A stretch of 64,000 nt of DNA from Leidyana gryllorum EB-2025a (lineage: Eukaryota; Protista; Apicomplexa), in assembly GCA_048772705.1 (NCBI GenBank), contig JBLWGC010000213.1, positions 401,952-465,951 of the forward strand. The letters run 5' to 3'. The notes below the pieces were generated by a model, which was not told the DNA's origin, ran no database searches, and saw nothing but the letters and a program-made list of their open reading frames with translations. Of the stretch, positions 48,113-63,100 are shown one piece after another; the first letter of the stretch is position 1; each line of letters starts with the position of its first letter. A program made the position numbers and the translations under genes.

Positions 48113-51100
48113 TCATGCGAACATAGCTATCTCTGCATTCTGTGCCACTTCCCGTGTTGGGACCGCGAACTCGGATGCGGCGGTACTGACAGTTCCGGTT
48201 GCAACCGCGGAAGGTGCCGGGAGCAATCCCATCTGCGAAGCTGCTGCACTAGCTGCAACAAGCGCCACAGCACCGGCAGTGGCCGCCAGGATCGGAATCA
48301 ACAACTCCGTACCTGCGGTAGTTGTGGTACTGGAGGTCGTGGGAGGGCCCTGATTTGCCCGAGTTGATGTAGTAGTGAGGGTCATGCTCGGAGGTCTAGT
48401 ACGTGGCTCTGTACTAGTCTTTGTCGGCTGGATCACAAACCCAGTGGAAGAAGATTGACTTGCAGTGTGCTGGCTCGAAGAATCCGGAGAATGCTCCTCG
48501 GCCGAGGTGGTTGCCTCCTCGCTCAGAGGAGCCGTGGACTCCAGCTCTGTGGCACCAGACTCGAGAGTGGTTTCATTCGTGTCAACCCCTTCAGTTTCTG
48601 TCGTATCGAGGACCCCCATAGTTGATACCGAGCTCTCAACCGAGCTGTGCCAAGTAAAGGTGGAAGACGACTCCAGAGTTACAGCGACCGGTGTCGTGGG
48701 CGACACATCATCAGTTCGAGCTGTGTAAATTGAGCTGGACTTGAGAGGTTGAACATAAGGTGTGGAGGTTGTGCTGTGTGTGACCACAATTTCAGTCGCT
48801 TCCGACGAAGGTTCAGAGGCAGCAGTGTTGTCGGTAGCAGTTGATCCAGCTGTGGTAGTACTTGCAGTAGGCTGAACATATGGAGTGGTGCTCATTCGAG
48901 AGGTAGATGGACTTGAGAATATGGCTGTAGTCGTCTCCGGGGGTTGCACAGGAGCAGTGATAGTGGAAGCTTCAGAAATCGGCCCAGTGTACGGAGTGGT
49001 GGTGGAAGCCTCAGTAGACGGGCCAGTGTACGGAGTGGTGGTCGTTTCCGTGGGCTGCACATACGGAGTGGTGGTGGATGCCTCGGTAGACGGGCCAGTG
49101 TACGGAGTGGTAGTGGAAGCTTCAGTAGACGGGCCAGTGTACGGAGCGGTAGTGGAAGCTTCGGTAGACGGGCCAGTGTACGGAGCGGTAGTGGAAGCTT
49201 CGGTAGACGGGCCAGTGTACGGAGTGGTAGTGGAAGCCTCGGTAGACGGGCCAGTGTACGGAGTGGTAGTGGAAGCTTCGGTAGACGGGCCAGTGTACGG
49301 AGTGGTAGTGGAAGCTTCGGTAGACGGGCCAGTGTACGGAGTGGTAGTGGAAGCCTCGGTAGACGGGCCAGTGTACGGAGCGGTAGTGGATGCCTCGGTA
49401 GACGGGCCAGTGTACGGAGCGGTAGTGGAAGCTTCGGTAGACGGGCCAGTGTACGGAGTGGTGGTGGAAGCCTCGGTAGACGGGCCAGTGTACGGAGCGG
49501 TAGTGGAAGCTTCGGTAGACGGGCCAGTGTACGGAGTGGTGGTGGAAGCCTCGGTAGACGGGCCAGTGTACGGAGCGGTAGTGGAAGCTTCAGTAGACGG
49601 GCCAGTGTACGGAGTGGTAGTGGAAGCTTCAGTAGACGGGCCAGTGTACGGAGTGGTAGTGGAAGCTTCAGTAGACGGGCCAGTGTACGGAGTGGTAGTG
49701 GAAGCCTCGGTAGACGGGCCAGTGTACGGAGCGGTAGTGGAAGCTTCAGTAGACGGGCCAGTGTACGGAGCGGTAGTGGAAGCTTCGGTAGACGGGCCAG
49801 TGTACGGAGCGGTAGTGGAAGCTTCGGTAGACGGGCCAGTGTACGGAGCGGTAGTGGAAGCTTCGGTAGACGGGCCAGTGTACGGAGCGGTAGTGGAAGC
49901 TTCGGTAGACGGGCCAGTGTACGGAGTGGTAGTGGAAGCTTCAGTAGACGGGCCAGTGTACGGAGCGGTAGTGGAAGCTTCGGTAGACGGGCCAGTGTAC
50001 GGAGCAGTAGTGGAAGCTTCGGTAGACGGGCCAGTGTACGGAGCAGTAGTGGAAGCTTCGGTAGACGGGCCAGTGTACGGAGCGGTAGTGGAAGCTTCGG
50101 TAGACGGGCCAGTGTACGGAGCGGTAGTGGAAGCTTCAGTAGACGGGCCAGTGTACGGAGCGGTAGTGGAAGCTTCGGTAGACGGGCCAGTGTACGGAGC
50201 GGTAGTGGAAGCTTCGGTAGACGGGCCAGTGTACGGAGCGGTAGTGGAAGCTTCGGTAGACGGGCCAGTGTACGGAGCGGTAGTGGAAGCTTCGGTAGAC
50301 GGGCCAGTGTACGGAGTGGTGGTGGAAGCTTCGGTAGACGGGCCAGTGTACGGAGTGGTGGTGGATGCCTCGGTAGACGGGCCAGTGTACGGAGTGGTAG
50401 TGGAAGCCTCAGTAGACGGGCCAGTGTACGGAGTGGTAGTGGATGCCTCGGTAGACGGACCAGTGTACGGAGCGGTAGTGGATGCTTCGGTAGACGGGCC
50501 AGTGTACGGAGTGGTGCCGGTCTGATAGGTTATCGTGCTGGAGCTTTCCTCGGAGCCAACCGGAGTGACAGTGACAACAGGCGCGGTGGTTGTGGATGCC
50601 TCAGTAGACGGGCCAGTGTACGGAGCGGTAGTGGATGCTTCGGTAGACGGACCAGTGTACGGAGCGGTAGTGGATGCTTCGGTAGACGGGCCAGTGTACG
50701 GAGCGGTAGTGGAAGCTTCAGTAGACGGGCCAGTGTACGGAGCGGTAGTGGAAGCCTCGGTAGACGGGCCAGTGTACGGAGTGGTAGTGGATGCCTCGGT
50801 AGACGGGCCAGTGTACGGAGTGGTAGTGGAAGCTTCGGTAGACGGGCCAGTGTACGGAGTGGTAGTGGAAGCTTCGGTAGACGGGCCAGTGTACGGAGTG
50901 GTGGTCGTTTCCGTGGGCTGCACATACGGAGTGGTAGTGGAAGCTTCAGTAGACGGGCCAGTGTACGGAGCGGTAGTGGAAGCTTCGGTAGACGGGCCAG
51001 TGTACGGAGCGGTAGTGGAAGCTTCGGTAGACGGGCCAGTGTACGGAGCGGTAGTGGAAGCTTCGGTAGACGGGCCAGTGTACGGAGCGGTAGTGGAAGC

Positions 51101-54100
51101 TTCGGTAGACGGGCCAGTGTACGGAGCGGTAGTGGAAGCTTCGGTAGACGGGCCAGTGTACGGAGTGGTGGTCGTTTCCGTGGGCTGCACATACGGAGTG
51201 GTGGTGGATGCTTCGGTAGACGGGCCAGTGTACGGAGCGGTAGTGGAAGCTTCGGTAGACGGGCCAGTGTACGGAGCGGTAGTGGAAGCTTCAGTAGACG
51301 GGCCAGTGTACGGAGCGGTAGTGGAAGCTTCAGTAGACGGGCCAGTGTACGGAGCGGTAGTGGAAGCTTCGGTAGACGGGCCAGTGTACGGAGCGGTAGT
51401 GGAAGCTTCGGTAGACGGGCCAGTGTACGGAGTGGTAGTGGAAGCTTCGGTAGACGGGCCAGTGTACGGAGCGGTAGTGGAAGCTTCGGTAGACGGGCCA
51501 GTGTACGGAGCGGTAGTGGAAGCTTCGGTAGACGGGCCAGTGTACGGAGCAGTAGTGGAAGCTTCGGTAGACGGGCCAGTGTACGGAGCGGTAGTGGAAG
51601 CTTCGGTAGACGGGCCAGTGTACGGAGCGGTAGTGGAAGCTTCGGTAGACGGGCCAGTGTACGGAGCGGTAGTGGAAGCTTCGGTAGACGGGCCAGTGTA
51701 CGGAGTGGTGCCGGTCTGATAGGTTATCGTGCTGGAGCTTTCCTCGGAGCCAACCGGAGTGACAGTGACAACAGGCGCGGTGGTTGTGGATGCCTCAGTA
51801 GACGGGCCAGTGTACGGAGTGGTAGTGGAAGCTTCGGTAGACGGGCCAGTGTACGGAGCGGTAGTGGAAGCTTCAGTAGACGGGCCAGTGTACGGAGTGG
51901 TAGTGGAAGCTTCGGTAGACGGGCCAGTGTACGGAGCGGTAGTGGAAGCTTCGGTAGACGGGCCAGTGTACGGAGCGGTAGTGGAAGCTTCGGTAGACGG
52001 GCCAGTGTACGGAGCGGTAGTGGAAGCTTCAGTAGACGGGCCAGTGTACGGAGCGGTAGTGGAAGCTTCAGTAGACGGGCCAGTGTACGGAGCAGTAGTG
52101 GAAGCTTCAGTAGACGGGCCAGTGTACGGAGCGGTAGTGGAAGCTTCGGTAGACGGGCCAGTGTACGGAGCGGTAGTGGAAGCTTCAGTAGACGGGCCAG
52201 TGTACGGAGCGGTAGTGGAAGCTTCGGTAGACGGGCCAGTGTACGGAGCGGTAGTGGAAGCCTCGGTAGACGGGCCAGTGTACGGAGCGGTAGTGGAAGC
52301 TTCGGTAGACGGGCCAGTGTACGGAGCGGTAGTGGAAGCTTCGGTAGACGGGCCAGTGTACGGAGCGGTAGTGGAAGCTTCGGTAGACGGGCCAGTGTAC
52401 GGAGCGGTAGTGGAAGCTTCGGTAGACGGGCCAGTGTACGGAGCGGTAGTGGAAGCTTCAGTAGACGGGCCAGTGTACGGAGCGGTAGTGGAAGCTTCGG
52501 TAGACGGGCCAGTGTACGGAGCGGTAGTGGAAGCTTCAGTAGACGGACCAGTGTACGGAGCGGTAGTGGAAGCTTCGGTAGACGGGCCAGTGTACGGAGC
52601 GGTAGTGGAAGCTTCGGTAGACGGGCCAGTGTACGGAGCGGTAGTGGAAGCTTCAGTAGACGGGCCAGTGTACGGAGCGGTAGTGGAAGCTTCGGTAGAC
52701 GGGCCAGTGTACGGAGCGGTAGTGGAAGCTTCGGTAGACGGGCCAGTGTACGGAGCGGTAGTGGAAGCTTCAGTAGACGGGCCAGTGTACGGAGCGGTAG
52801 TGGAAGCTTCGGTAGACGGGCCAGTGTACGGAGCGGTAGTGGAAGCTTCAGTAGACGGGCCAGTGTACGGAGCAGTAGTGGAAGCTTCGGTAGACGGGCC
52901 AGTGTACGGAGTGGTAGTGGAAGCTTCGGTAGACGGGCCAGTGTACGGAGTGGTAGTGGAAGCTTCGGTAGACGGGCCAGTGTACGGAGCGGTAGTGGAA
53001 GCTTCGGTAGACGGGCCAGTGTACGGAGTGGTAGTGGAAGCTTCGGTAGACGGGCCAGTGTACGGAGCGGTAGTGGAAGCTTCAGTAGACGGGCCAGTGT
53101 ACGGAGCGGTAGTGGAAGCTTCGGTAGACGGGCCAGTGTACGGAGCGGTAGTGGAAGCTTCGGTAGACGGGCCAGTGTACGGAGTGGTAGTGGAAGCCTC
53201 AGTAGACGGACCAGTATACGGAGCGGTAGTGGAAGCTTCGGTAGACTGGCCAGTGTACGGAGTGGTAGTGGAAGCTTCGGTAGACGGGCCAGTGTACGGA
53301 GCGGTAGTGGAAGCTTCGGTAGACGGGCCAGTGTACGGAGCGGTAGTGGAAGCTTCGGTAGACGGGCCAGTGTACGGAGCGGTAGTGGAAGCTTCGGTAG
53401 ACGGGCCAGTGTACGGAGTGGTAGTGGAAGCTTCGGTAGACGGGCCAGTGTACGGAGCGGTAGTGGAAGCTTCGGTAGACGGGCCAGTGTACGGAGCGGT
53501 AGTGGAAGCTTCGGTAGACGGGCCAGTGTACGGAGCGGTAGTGGAAGCTTCAGTAGACGGGCCAGTGTACGGAGCGGTAGTGGAAGCTTCGGTAGACGGG
53601 CCAGTGTACGGAGCGGTAGTGGAAGCTTCGGTAGACGGGCCAGTGTACGGAGCGGTAGTGGAAGCTTCAGTAGACGGGCCAGTGTACGGACTGGTGGTGG
53701 AAGCTTCGGTAGACGGGCCAGTGTACGGAGTGGTGGTGGAAGCTTCGGTAGACGGGCCAGTGTACGGAGTGGTAGTGGAAGCTTCGGTAGACGGGCCAGT
53801 GTACGGAGCGGTAGTGGAAGCTTCGGTAGACGGGCCAGTGTACGGAGCGGTAGTGGAAGCTTCAGTAGACGGGCCAGTGTACGGAGCGGTAGTGGAAGCT
53901 TCGGTAGACGGGCCAGTGTACGGAGTGGTAGTGGAAGCTTCAGTAGACGGGCCAGTGTACGGAGCGGTAGTGGAAGCTTCAGTAGACGGGCCAGTGTACG
54001 GAGCGGTAGTGGAAGCTTCGGTAGACGGGCCAGTGTACGGAGCAGTAGTGGAAGCTTCAGTAGACGGACCAGTGTACGGAGCGGTAGTGGAAGCCTCGGT

Positions 54101-57100
54101 AGACGGGCCAGTGTACGGAGTGGTGGTGGAAGCTTCGGTAGACGGGCCAGTGTACGGAGCGGTAGTGGAAGCTTCAGTAGACGGGCCAGTGTACGGAGTG
54201 GTAGTGGAAGCTTCGGTAGACGGGCCAGTGTACGGAGTGGTGGTGGAAGCCTCAGTAGACGGGCCAGTGTACGGAGTGGTAGTGGATGCCTCGGTAGACG
54301 GGCCAGTGTACGGAGTGGTAGTGGAAGCCTCGGTAGACGGGCCAGTGTACGGAGCGGTAGTGGAAGCTTCGGTAGACGGGCCAGTGTACGGAGTGGTGGT
54401 GGAAGCTTCGGTAGACGGAGTGGTGGTGGAAGCTTCGGTAGACGGGCCAGTGTACGGAGCGGTAGTGGATGCTTCGGTAGACGGGCCAGTGTACGGAGCG
54501 GTAGTGGAAGCTTCAGTAGACGGGCCAGTGTACGGAGTGGTAGTGGAAGCTTCGGTAGACGGGCCAGTGTACGGAGCGGTAGTGGAAGCTTCAGTAGACG
54601 GGCCAGTGTACGGAGCAGTAGTGGAAGCTTCGGTAGACGGGCCAGTGTACGGAGCGGTAGTGGAAGCTTCGGTAGACGGGCCAGTGTACGGAGCGGTAGT
54701 GGAAGCTTCGGTAGACGGGCCAGTGTACGGAGCGGTAGTGGAAGCTTCGGTAGACGGGCCAGTGTACGGAGTGGTAGTGGAAGCTTCGGTAGACGGGCCA
54801 GTGTACGGAGCGGTAGTGGAAGCTTCGGTAGACGGACCAGTGTACGGAGCGGTAGTGGAAGCTTCGGTAGACGGGCCAGTGTACGGAGCAGTAGTGGAAG
54901 CTTCGGTAGACGGGCCAGTGTACGGAGCGGTAGTGGAAGCTTCAGTAGACGGGCCAGTGTACGGAGTGGTAGTGGAAGCTTCGGTAGACGGGCCAGTGTA
55001 CGGAGTGGTAGTGGAAGCTTCAGTAGACGGGCCAGTGTACGGAGCGGTAGTGGAAGCTTCAGTAGACGGGCCAGTGTACGGAGCGGTAGTGGAAGCTTCG
55101 GTAGACGGGCCAGTGTACGGAGCGGTAGTGGAAGCTTCGGTAGACGGGCCAGTGTACGGAGCGGTAGTGGAAGCTTCGGTAGACGGGCCAGTGTACGGAG
55201 CGGTAGTGGAAGCTTCGGTAGACGGGCCAGTGTACGGAGCGGTAGTGGAAGCTTCGGTAGACGGGCCAGTGTACGGACTGGTGGTGGAAGCTTCGGTAGA
55301 CGGGCCAGTGTACGGAGCGGTAGTGGAAGCTTCGGTAGACGGGCCAGTGTACGGAGCGGTAGTGGAAGCTTCAGTAGACGGGCCAGTGTACGGAGCGGTA
55401 GTGGAAGCTTCGGTAGACGGGCCAGTGTACGGAGCGGTAGTGGAAGCTTCAGTAGACGGGCCAGTGTACGGAGCGGTAGTGGAAGCTTCGGTAGACGGGC
55501 CAGTGTACGGAGCGGTAGTGGAAGCTTCGGTAGACGGGCCAGTGTACGGAGCGGTAGTGGAAGCTTCGGTAGACGGGCCAGTGTACGGAGCGGTAGTGGA
55601 AGCTTCGGTAGACGGGCCAGTGTACGGAGCGGTAGTGGAAGCCTCGGTAGACGGGCCAGTGTACGGAGCGGTAGTGGAAGCTTCGGTAGACGGGCCAGTG
55701 TACGGAGCGGTAGTGGAAGCTTCAGTAGACGGGCCAGTGTACGGAGCGGTAGTGGAAGCTTCAGTAGACGGGCCAGTGTACGGAGTGGTAGTGGAAGCTT
55801 CAGTAGACGGGCCAGTGTACGGAGTGGTAGTGGAAGCTTCAGTAGACGGGCCAGTGTACGGAGTGGTAGTGGAAGCTTCGGTAGACGGGCCAGTGTACGG
55901 AGCGGTAGTGGAAGCTTCGGTAGACGGGCCAGTGTACGGAGCGGTAGTGGAAGCCTCGGTAGACGGGCCAGTGTACGGAGTGGTAGTGGAAGCTTCGGTA
56001 GACGGGCCAGTGTACGGAGCGGTAGTGGAAGCTTCAGTAGACGGGCCAGTGTACGGAGCGGTAGTGGAAGCTTCAGTAGACGGGCCAGTGTACGGAGCGG
56101 TAGTGGAAGCTTCAGTAGACGGGCCAGTGTACGGAGCGGTAGTGGAAGCTTCGGTAGACGGGCCAGTGTACGGAGTGGTAGTGGAAGCTTCGGTAGACGG
56201 GCCAGTGTACGGAGCGGTAGTGGATGCTTCGGTAGACGGGCCAGTGTACGGAGCGGTAGTGGAAGCTTCAGTAGACGGGCCAGTGTACGGAGCGGTAGTG
56301 GAAGCTTCAGTAGACGGGCCAGTGTACGGAGCGGTAGTGGAAGCTTCAGTAGACGGGCCAGTGTACGGAGCGGTAGTGGAAGCTTCGGTAGACGGGCCAG
56401 TGTACGGAGCGGTAGTGGAAGCTTCGGTAGACGGGCCAGTGTACGGAGCGGTAGTGGAAGCTTCGGTAGACGGGCCAGTGTACGGAGCGGTAGTGGAAGC
56501 TTCGGTAGACGGGCCAGTGTACGGAGTGGTAGTGGAAGCTTCAGTAGACGGGCCAGTGTACGGAGCGGTAGTGGAAGCTTCGGTAGACGGGCCAGTGTAC
56601 GGAGCGGTAGTGGAAGCTTCGGTAGACGGGCCAGTGTACGGAGCGGTAGTGGAAGCTTCGGTAGACGGGCCAGTGTACGGAGCGGTAGTGGAAGCTTCGG
56701 TAGACGGGCCAGTGTACGGAGCGGTAGTGGATGCTTCGGTAGACGGGCCAGTGTACGGAGCGGTAGTGGAAGCCTCGGTAGACGGGCCAGTGTACGGAGC
56801 GGTAGTGGAAGCCTCGGTAGACGGGCCAGTGTACGGAGCGGTAGTGGAAGCCTCGGTAGACGGGCCAGTGTACGGAGTGGTAGTGGAAGCTTCAGTAGAC
56901 GGGCCAGTGTACGGAGTGGTAGTGGATGCTTCAGTAGACGGGCCAGTGTACGGAGCGGTAGTGGATGCCTCAGTAGACGGGCCAGTGTACGGAGCGGTAG
57001 TAGATGCCTCAGTAGACGGGCCAGTGTACGGAGCGGTAGTGGAAGCTTCGGTAGACGGGCCAGTGTACGGAGCGGTAGTGGATGCTTCGGTAGACGGGCC

Positions 57101-60100
57101 AGTGTACGGAGCGGTAGTGGAAGCTTCGGTAGACGGGCCAGTGTACGGAGCGGTAGTGGAAGCTTCGGTAGACGGGCCAGTGTACGGAGCGGTAGTGGAA
57201 GCTTCGGTAGACGGGCCAGTGTACGGAGCGGTAGTGGAAGCTTCAGTAGACGGGCCAGTGTACGGAGCGGTAGTGGAAGCTTCAGTAGACGGGCCAGTGT
57301 ACGGAGCGGTAGTGGAAGCTTCAGTAGACGGGCCAGTGTACGGAGCGGTAGTGGAAGCTTCAGTAGACGGGCCAGTGTACGGAGCGGTAGTGGAAGCTTC
57401 GGTAGACGGGCCAGTGTACGGAGCGGTAGTGGAAGCTTCGGTAGACGGGCCAGTGTACGGAGCGGTAGTGGAAGCTTCGGTAGACGGGCCAGTGTACGGA
57501 GCAGTAGTGGAAGCTTCGGTAGACGGGCCAGTGTACGGAGCGGTAGTGGAAGCTTCGGTAGACGGGCCAGTGTACGGAGCGGTAGTGGAAGCTTCAGTAG
57601 ACGGGCCAGTGTACGGAGCGGTAGTGGAAGCTTCAGTAGACGGGCCAGTGTACGGAGCGGTAGTGGAAGCTTCAGTAGACGGGCCAGTGTACGGAGCGGT
57701 AGTGGAAGCTTCAGTAGACGGGCCAGTGTACGGAGCGGTAGTGGAAGCTTCGGTAGACGGGCCAGTGTACGGAGCGGTAGTGGAAGCTTCAGTAGACGGG
57801 CCAGTGTACGGAGTGGTAGTGGAAGCTTCGGTAGACGGGCCAGTGTACGGAGTGGTAGTGGAAGCTTCGGTAGACGGGCCAGTGTACGGAGCGGTAGTGG
57901 AAGCTTCGGTAGACGGGCCAGTGTACGGAGCGGTAGTGGAAGCTTCGGTAGACGGGCCAGTGTACGGAGCGGTAGTGGAAGCTTCGGTAGACGGGCCAGT
58001 GTACGGAGCGGTAGTGGAAGCTTCAGTAGACGGACCAGTGTACGGAGCGGTAGTGGAAGCCTCAGTAGACGGGCCAGTGTACGGAGTGGTAGTGGAAGCT
58101 TCGGTAGACGGGCCAGTGTACGGAGCGGTAGTGGATGCCTCGGTAGACGGGCCAGTGTACGGAGCGGTAGTGGAAGCTTCGGTAGACGGGCCAGTGTACG
58201 GAGCGGTAGTGGAAGCTTCGGTAGACGGGCCAGTGTACGGAGCGGTAGTGGAAGCTTCGGTAGACGGGCCAGTGTACGGAGTGGTAGTGGAAGCTTCGGT
58301 AGACGGGCCAGTGTACGGAGCGGTAGTGGAAGCTTCAGTAGACGGGCCAGTGTACGGAGCAGTAGTGGAAGCTTCGGTAGACGGGCCAGTGTACGGAGCG
58401 GTAGTGGAAGCTTCAGTAGACGGGCCAGTGTACGGAGCGGTAGTGGAAGCTTCGGTAGACGGGCCAGTGTACGGAGCGGTAGTGGAAGCTTCAGTAGACG
58501 GGCCAGTGTACGGAGCGGTAGTGGAAGCTTCGGTAGACGGGCCAGTGTACGGAGCGGTAGTGGAAGCTTCGGTAGACGGGCCAGTGTACGGAGCGGTAGT
58601 GGAAGCTTCGGTAGACGGGCCAGTGTACGGAGTGGTAGTGGAAGCTTCGGTAGACGGGCCAGTGTACGGAGCGGTAGTGGAAGCTTCGGTAGACGGGCCA
58701 GTGTACGGAGCGGTAGTGGAAGCTTCGGTAGACGGGCCAGTGTACGGAGCGGTAGTGGAAGCTTCAGTAGACGGGCCAGTGTACGGAGTGGTGGTGGAAG
58801 CTTCGGTAGACGGGCCAGTGTACGGAGCGGTAGTGGATGCCTCGGTAGACGGGCCAGTGTACGGAGCGGTAGTGGAAGCTTCGGTAGACGGGCCAGTGTA
58901 CGGAGCGGTAGTGGAAGCTTCGGTAGACGGGCCAGTGTACGGAGCGGTAGTGGAAGCTTCGGTAGACGGGCCAGTGTACGGAGCGGTAGTGGAAGCTTCG
59001 GTAGACGGGCCAGTGTACGGAGCGGTAGTGGAAGCTTCAGTAGACGGGCCAGTGTACGGAGCGGTAGTGGAAGCTTCAGTAGACGGGCCAGTGTACGGAG
59101 CGGTAGTGGAAGCTTCAGTAGACGGGCCAGTGTACGGAGCGGTAGTGGAAGCTTCAGTAGACGGGCCAGTGTACGGAGCGGTAGTGGAAGCTTCAGTAGA
59201 CGGGCCAGTGTACGGAGTGGTAGTGGAAGCTTCGGTAGACGGGCCAGTGTACGGAGCGGTAGTGGAAGCTTCGGTAGACGGGCCAGTGTACGGAGCGGTA
59301 GTGGATGCCTCGGTAGACGGGCCAGTGTACGGAGCGGTAGTGGATGCCTCGGTAGACGGGCCAGTGTACGGAGCGGTAGTGGAAGCTTCAGTAGACGGAC
59401 CAGTGTACGGAGCGGTAGTGGAAGCTTCAGTAGACGGGCCAGTGTACGGAGCGGTAGTGGAAGCTTCGGTAGACGGGCCAGTGTACGGAGTGGTAGTGGA
59501 AGCTTCGGTAGACGGGCCAGTGTACGGAGCGGTAGTGGAAGCTTCGGTAGACGGGCCAGTGTACGGAGCGGTAGTGGAAGCTTCGGTAGACGGGCCAGTG
59601 TACGGAGCGGTAGTGGAAGCTTCGGTAGACGGGCCAGTGTACGGAGCGGTAGTGGAAGCTTCAGTAGACGGGCCAGTGTACGGAGCGGTAGTGGAAGCTT
59701 CGGTAGACGGGCCAGTGTACGGAGCGGTAGTGGAAGCTTCGGTAGACGGGCCAGTGTACGGAGCGGTAGTGGAAGCTTCAGTAGACGGGCCAGTGTACGG
59801 AGCGGTAGTGGAAGCTTCAGTAGACGGGCCAGTGTACGGAGCGGTAGTGGAAGCTTCGGTAGACGGGCCAGTGTACGGAGCGGTAGTGGAAGCTTCGGTA
59901 GACGGGCCAGTGTACGGAGCGGTAGTGGAAGCTTCAGTAGACGGGCCAGTGTACGGAGCGGTAGTGGAAGCTTCGGTAGACGGGCCAGTGTACGGAGCGG
60001 TAGTGGAAGCTTCAGTAGACGGGCCAGTGTACGGAGTGGTAGTGGATGCTTCAGTAGACGGGCCAGTGTACGGAGTGGTAGTGGAAGCTTCGGTAGACGG

Positions 60101-63100
60101 GCCAGTGTACGGAGTGGTGCCGGTCTGATAGGTTATCGTGCTGGAGCTTTCCTCGGAGCCAACCGGAGTGACAGTGACAACAGGCGCGGTGGTTGTGGAT
60201 GCCTCAGTAGACGGGCCAGTGTACGGAGCGGTAGTGTACGGAGCAGTAGTGGAAGCTTCGGTAGACGGGCCAGTGTACGGAGCAGTAGTGGAAGCTTCGG
60301 TAGACGGGCCAGTGTACGGAGCGGTAGTGGAAGCTTCAGTAGACGGGCCAGTGTACGGAGTGGTAGTGGAAGCTTCAGTAGACGGGCCAGTGTACGGAGC
60401 GGTAGTGGAAGCTTCAGTAGACGGGCCAGTGTACGGAGCGGTAGTGGAAGCTTCGGTAGACGGGCCAGTGTACGGAGTGGTAGTGGAAGCTTCGGTAGAC
60501 GGGCCAGTGTACGGAGCGGTAGTGGAAGCTTCGGTAGACGGGCCAGTGTACGGAGCGGTAGTGGAAGCTTCAGTAGACGGGCCAGTGTACGGAGCGGTAG
60601 TGGAAGCTTCAGTAGACGGGCCAGTGTACGGAGCGGTAGTGGAAGCTTCGGTAGACGGGCCAGTGTACGGAGCGGTAGTGGAAGCTTCGGTAGACGGGCC
60701 AGTGTACGGAGCGGTAGTGGAAGCTTCGGTAGACGGGCCAGTGTACGGAGCGGTAGTGGAAGCTTCGGTAGACGGGCCAGTGTACGGAGCGGTAGTGGAA
60801 GCTTCAGTAGACGGGCCAGTGTACGGAGCGGTAGTGGAAGCTTCGGTAGACGGACCAGTGTACGGAGCGGTAGTGGAAGCCTCAGTAGACGGGCCAGTGT
60901 ACGGAGTGGTAGTGGAAGCTTCAGTAGACGGACCAGTGTACGGAGTGGTAGTGGAAGCTTCGGTAGACGGGCCAGTGTACGGAGCGGTAGTGGAAGCTTC
61001 AGTAGACGGGCCAGTGTACGGAGCGGTAGTGGAAGCTTCGGTAGACGGGCCAGTGTACGGAGCGGTAGTGGAAGCTTCAGTAGACGGGCCAGTGTACGGA
61101 GCGGTAGTGGAAGCTTCAGTAGACGGGCCAGTGTACGGAGCGGTAGTGGAAGCCTCGGTAGACGGGCCAGTGTACGGAGCGGTAGTGGAAGCTTCGGTAG
61201 ACGGGCCAGTGTACGGAGTGGTGGTGGAAGCTTCGGTAGACGGGCCAGTGTACGGAGCGGTAGTGGAAGCTTCGGTAGACGGGCCAGTGTACGGAGCGGT
61301 AGTGGAAGCTTCGGTAGACGGGCCAGTGTACGGAGCGGTAGTGGAAGCTTCGGTAGACGGGCCAGTGTACGGAGCGGTAGTGGAAGCTTCAGTAGACGGG
61401 CCAGTGTACGGAGCGGTAGTGGAAGCTTCGGTAGACGGGCCAGTGTACGGAGCGGTAGTGGAAGCTTCGGTAGACGGGCCAGTGTACGGAGCGGTAGTGG
61501 AAGCTTCAGTAGACGGGCCAGTGTACGGAGCGGTAGTGGAAGCTTCGGTAGACGGGCCAGTGTACGGAGCGGTAGTGGAAGCTTCGGTAGACGGGCCAGT
61601 GTACGGAGCGGTAGTGGAAGCTTCGGTAGACGGGCCAGTGTACGGAGTGGTAGTGGAAGCTTCGGTAGACGGGCCAGTGTACGGAGCGGTAGTGGAAGCT
61701 TCGGTAGACGGGCCAGTGTACGGAGCGGTAGTGGAAGCTTCGGTAGACGGGCCAGTGTACGGAGCGGTAGTGGAAGCTTCGGTAGACGGGCCAGTGTACG
61801 GAGCGGTAGTGGAAGCTTCGGTAGACGGGCCAGTGTACGGAGCGGTAGTGGAAGCTTCGGTAGACGGGCCAGTGTACGGAGTGGTGGTGGAAGCTTCGGT
61901 AGACGGGCCAGTGTACGGAGCGGTAGTGGAAGCTTCGGTAGACGGGCCAGTGTACGGAGCGGTAGTGGAAGCTTCGGTAGACGGGCCAGTGTACGGAGTG
62001 GTAGTGGAAGCTTCAGTAGACGGGCCAGTGTACGGAGCGGTAGTGGAAGCTTCGGTAGACGGGCCAGTGTACGGAGCAGTAGTGGAAGCTTCGGTAGACG
62101 GGCCAGTGTACGGAGCAGTAGTGGAAGCTTCGGTAGACGGGCCAGTGTACGGAGCAGTAGTGGAAGCTTCGGTAGACGGGCCAGTGTACGGAGCGGTAGT
62201 GGAAGCTTCGGTAGACGGGCCAGTGTACGGAGCGGTAGTGGAAGCTTCGGTAGACGGGCCAGTGTACGGAGCTGTAGTGGAAGCTTCGGTAGACGGGCCA
62301 GTGTACGGAGCGGTAGTGGAAGCTTCGGTAGACGGGCCAGTGTACGGAGCGGTAGTGGAAGCTTCGGTAGACGGGCCAGTGTACGGAGCGGTAGTGGAAG
62401 CTTCGGTAGACGGGCCAGTGTACGGAGCGGTAGTGGAAGCTTCGGTAGACGGGCCAGTGTACGGAGTGGTAGTGGAAGCTTCAGTAGACGGGCCAGTGTA
62501 CGGAGTGGTAGTGGAAGCTTCGGTAGACGGGCCAGTGTACGGAGCAGTAGTGGAAGCTTCGGTAGACGGGCCAGTGTACGGAGCGGTAGTGGAAGCTTCG
62601 GTAGACGGGCCAGTGTACGGAGCGGTAGTGGAAGCCTCGGTAGACGGGCCAGTGTACGGAGCGGTAGTGGAAGCCTCGGTAGACGGGCCAGTGTACGGAG
62701 CGGTGGTGGATGCCTCAGTAGACGGACCAGTGTACGGAGTGGTGGTGGATGCCTCAGTAGACGGGCCAGTGTACGGAGCAGTAGTGGAAGCTTCGGTAGA
62801 CGGGCCAGTGTACGGAGCGGTAGTGGAAGCTTCGGTAGACGGGCCAGTGTACGGAGCGGTAGTGGAAGCTTCGGTAGACGGGCCAGTGTACGGAGCGGTA
62901 GTGGAAGCTTCGGTAGACGGGCCAGTGTACGGAGCAGTAGTGGAAGCTTCGGTAGACGGGCCAGTGTACGGAGCGGTGGTGGAAGCTTCGGTAGACGGGC
63001 CAGTGTACGGAGTGGTGCCGGTCTGATAGGTTATCGTGCTGGAGCTTTCCTCGGAGCCAACCGGAGTGACAGTGACAACAGGCGCGGTGGTTGTGGATGC

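Noticed and set aside
48885-63026. Very long plus-strand ORFs (546, 394, 2799 and 962 aa of VVEASVDGPVYGA repeats)
   Set aside because: Antisense shadows of the mucin repeat. They begin at non-ATG codons and stop at TGATAG in every spacer, whereas the minus frame is continuous and ends in a sensible anchor.
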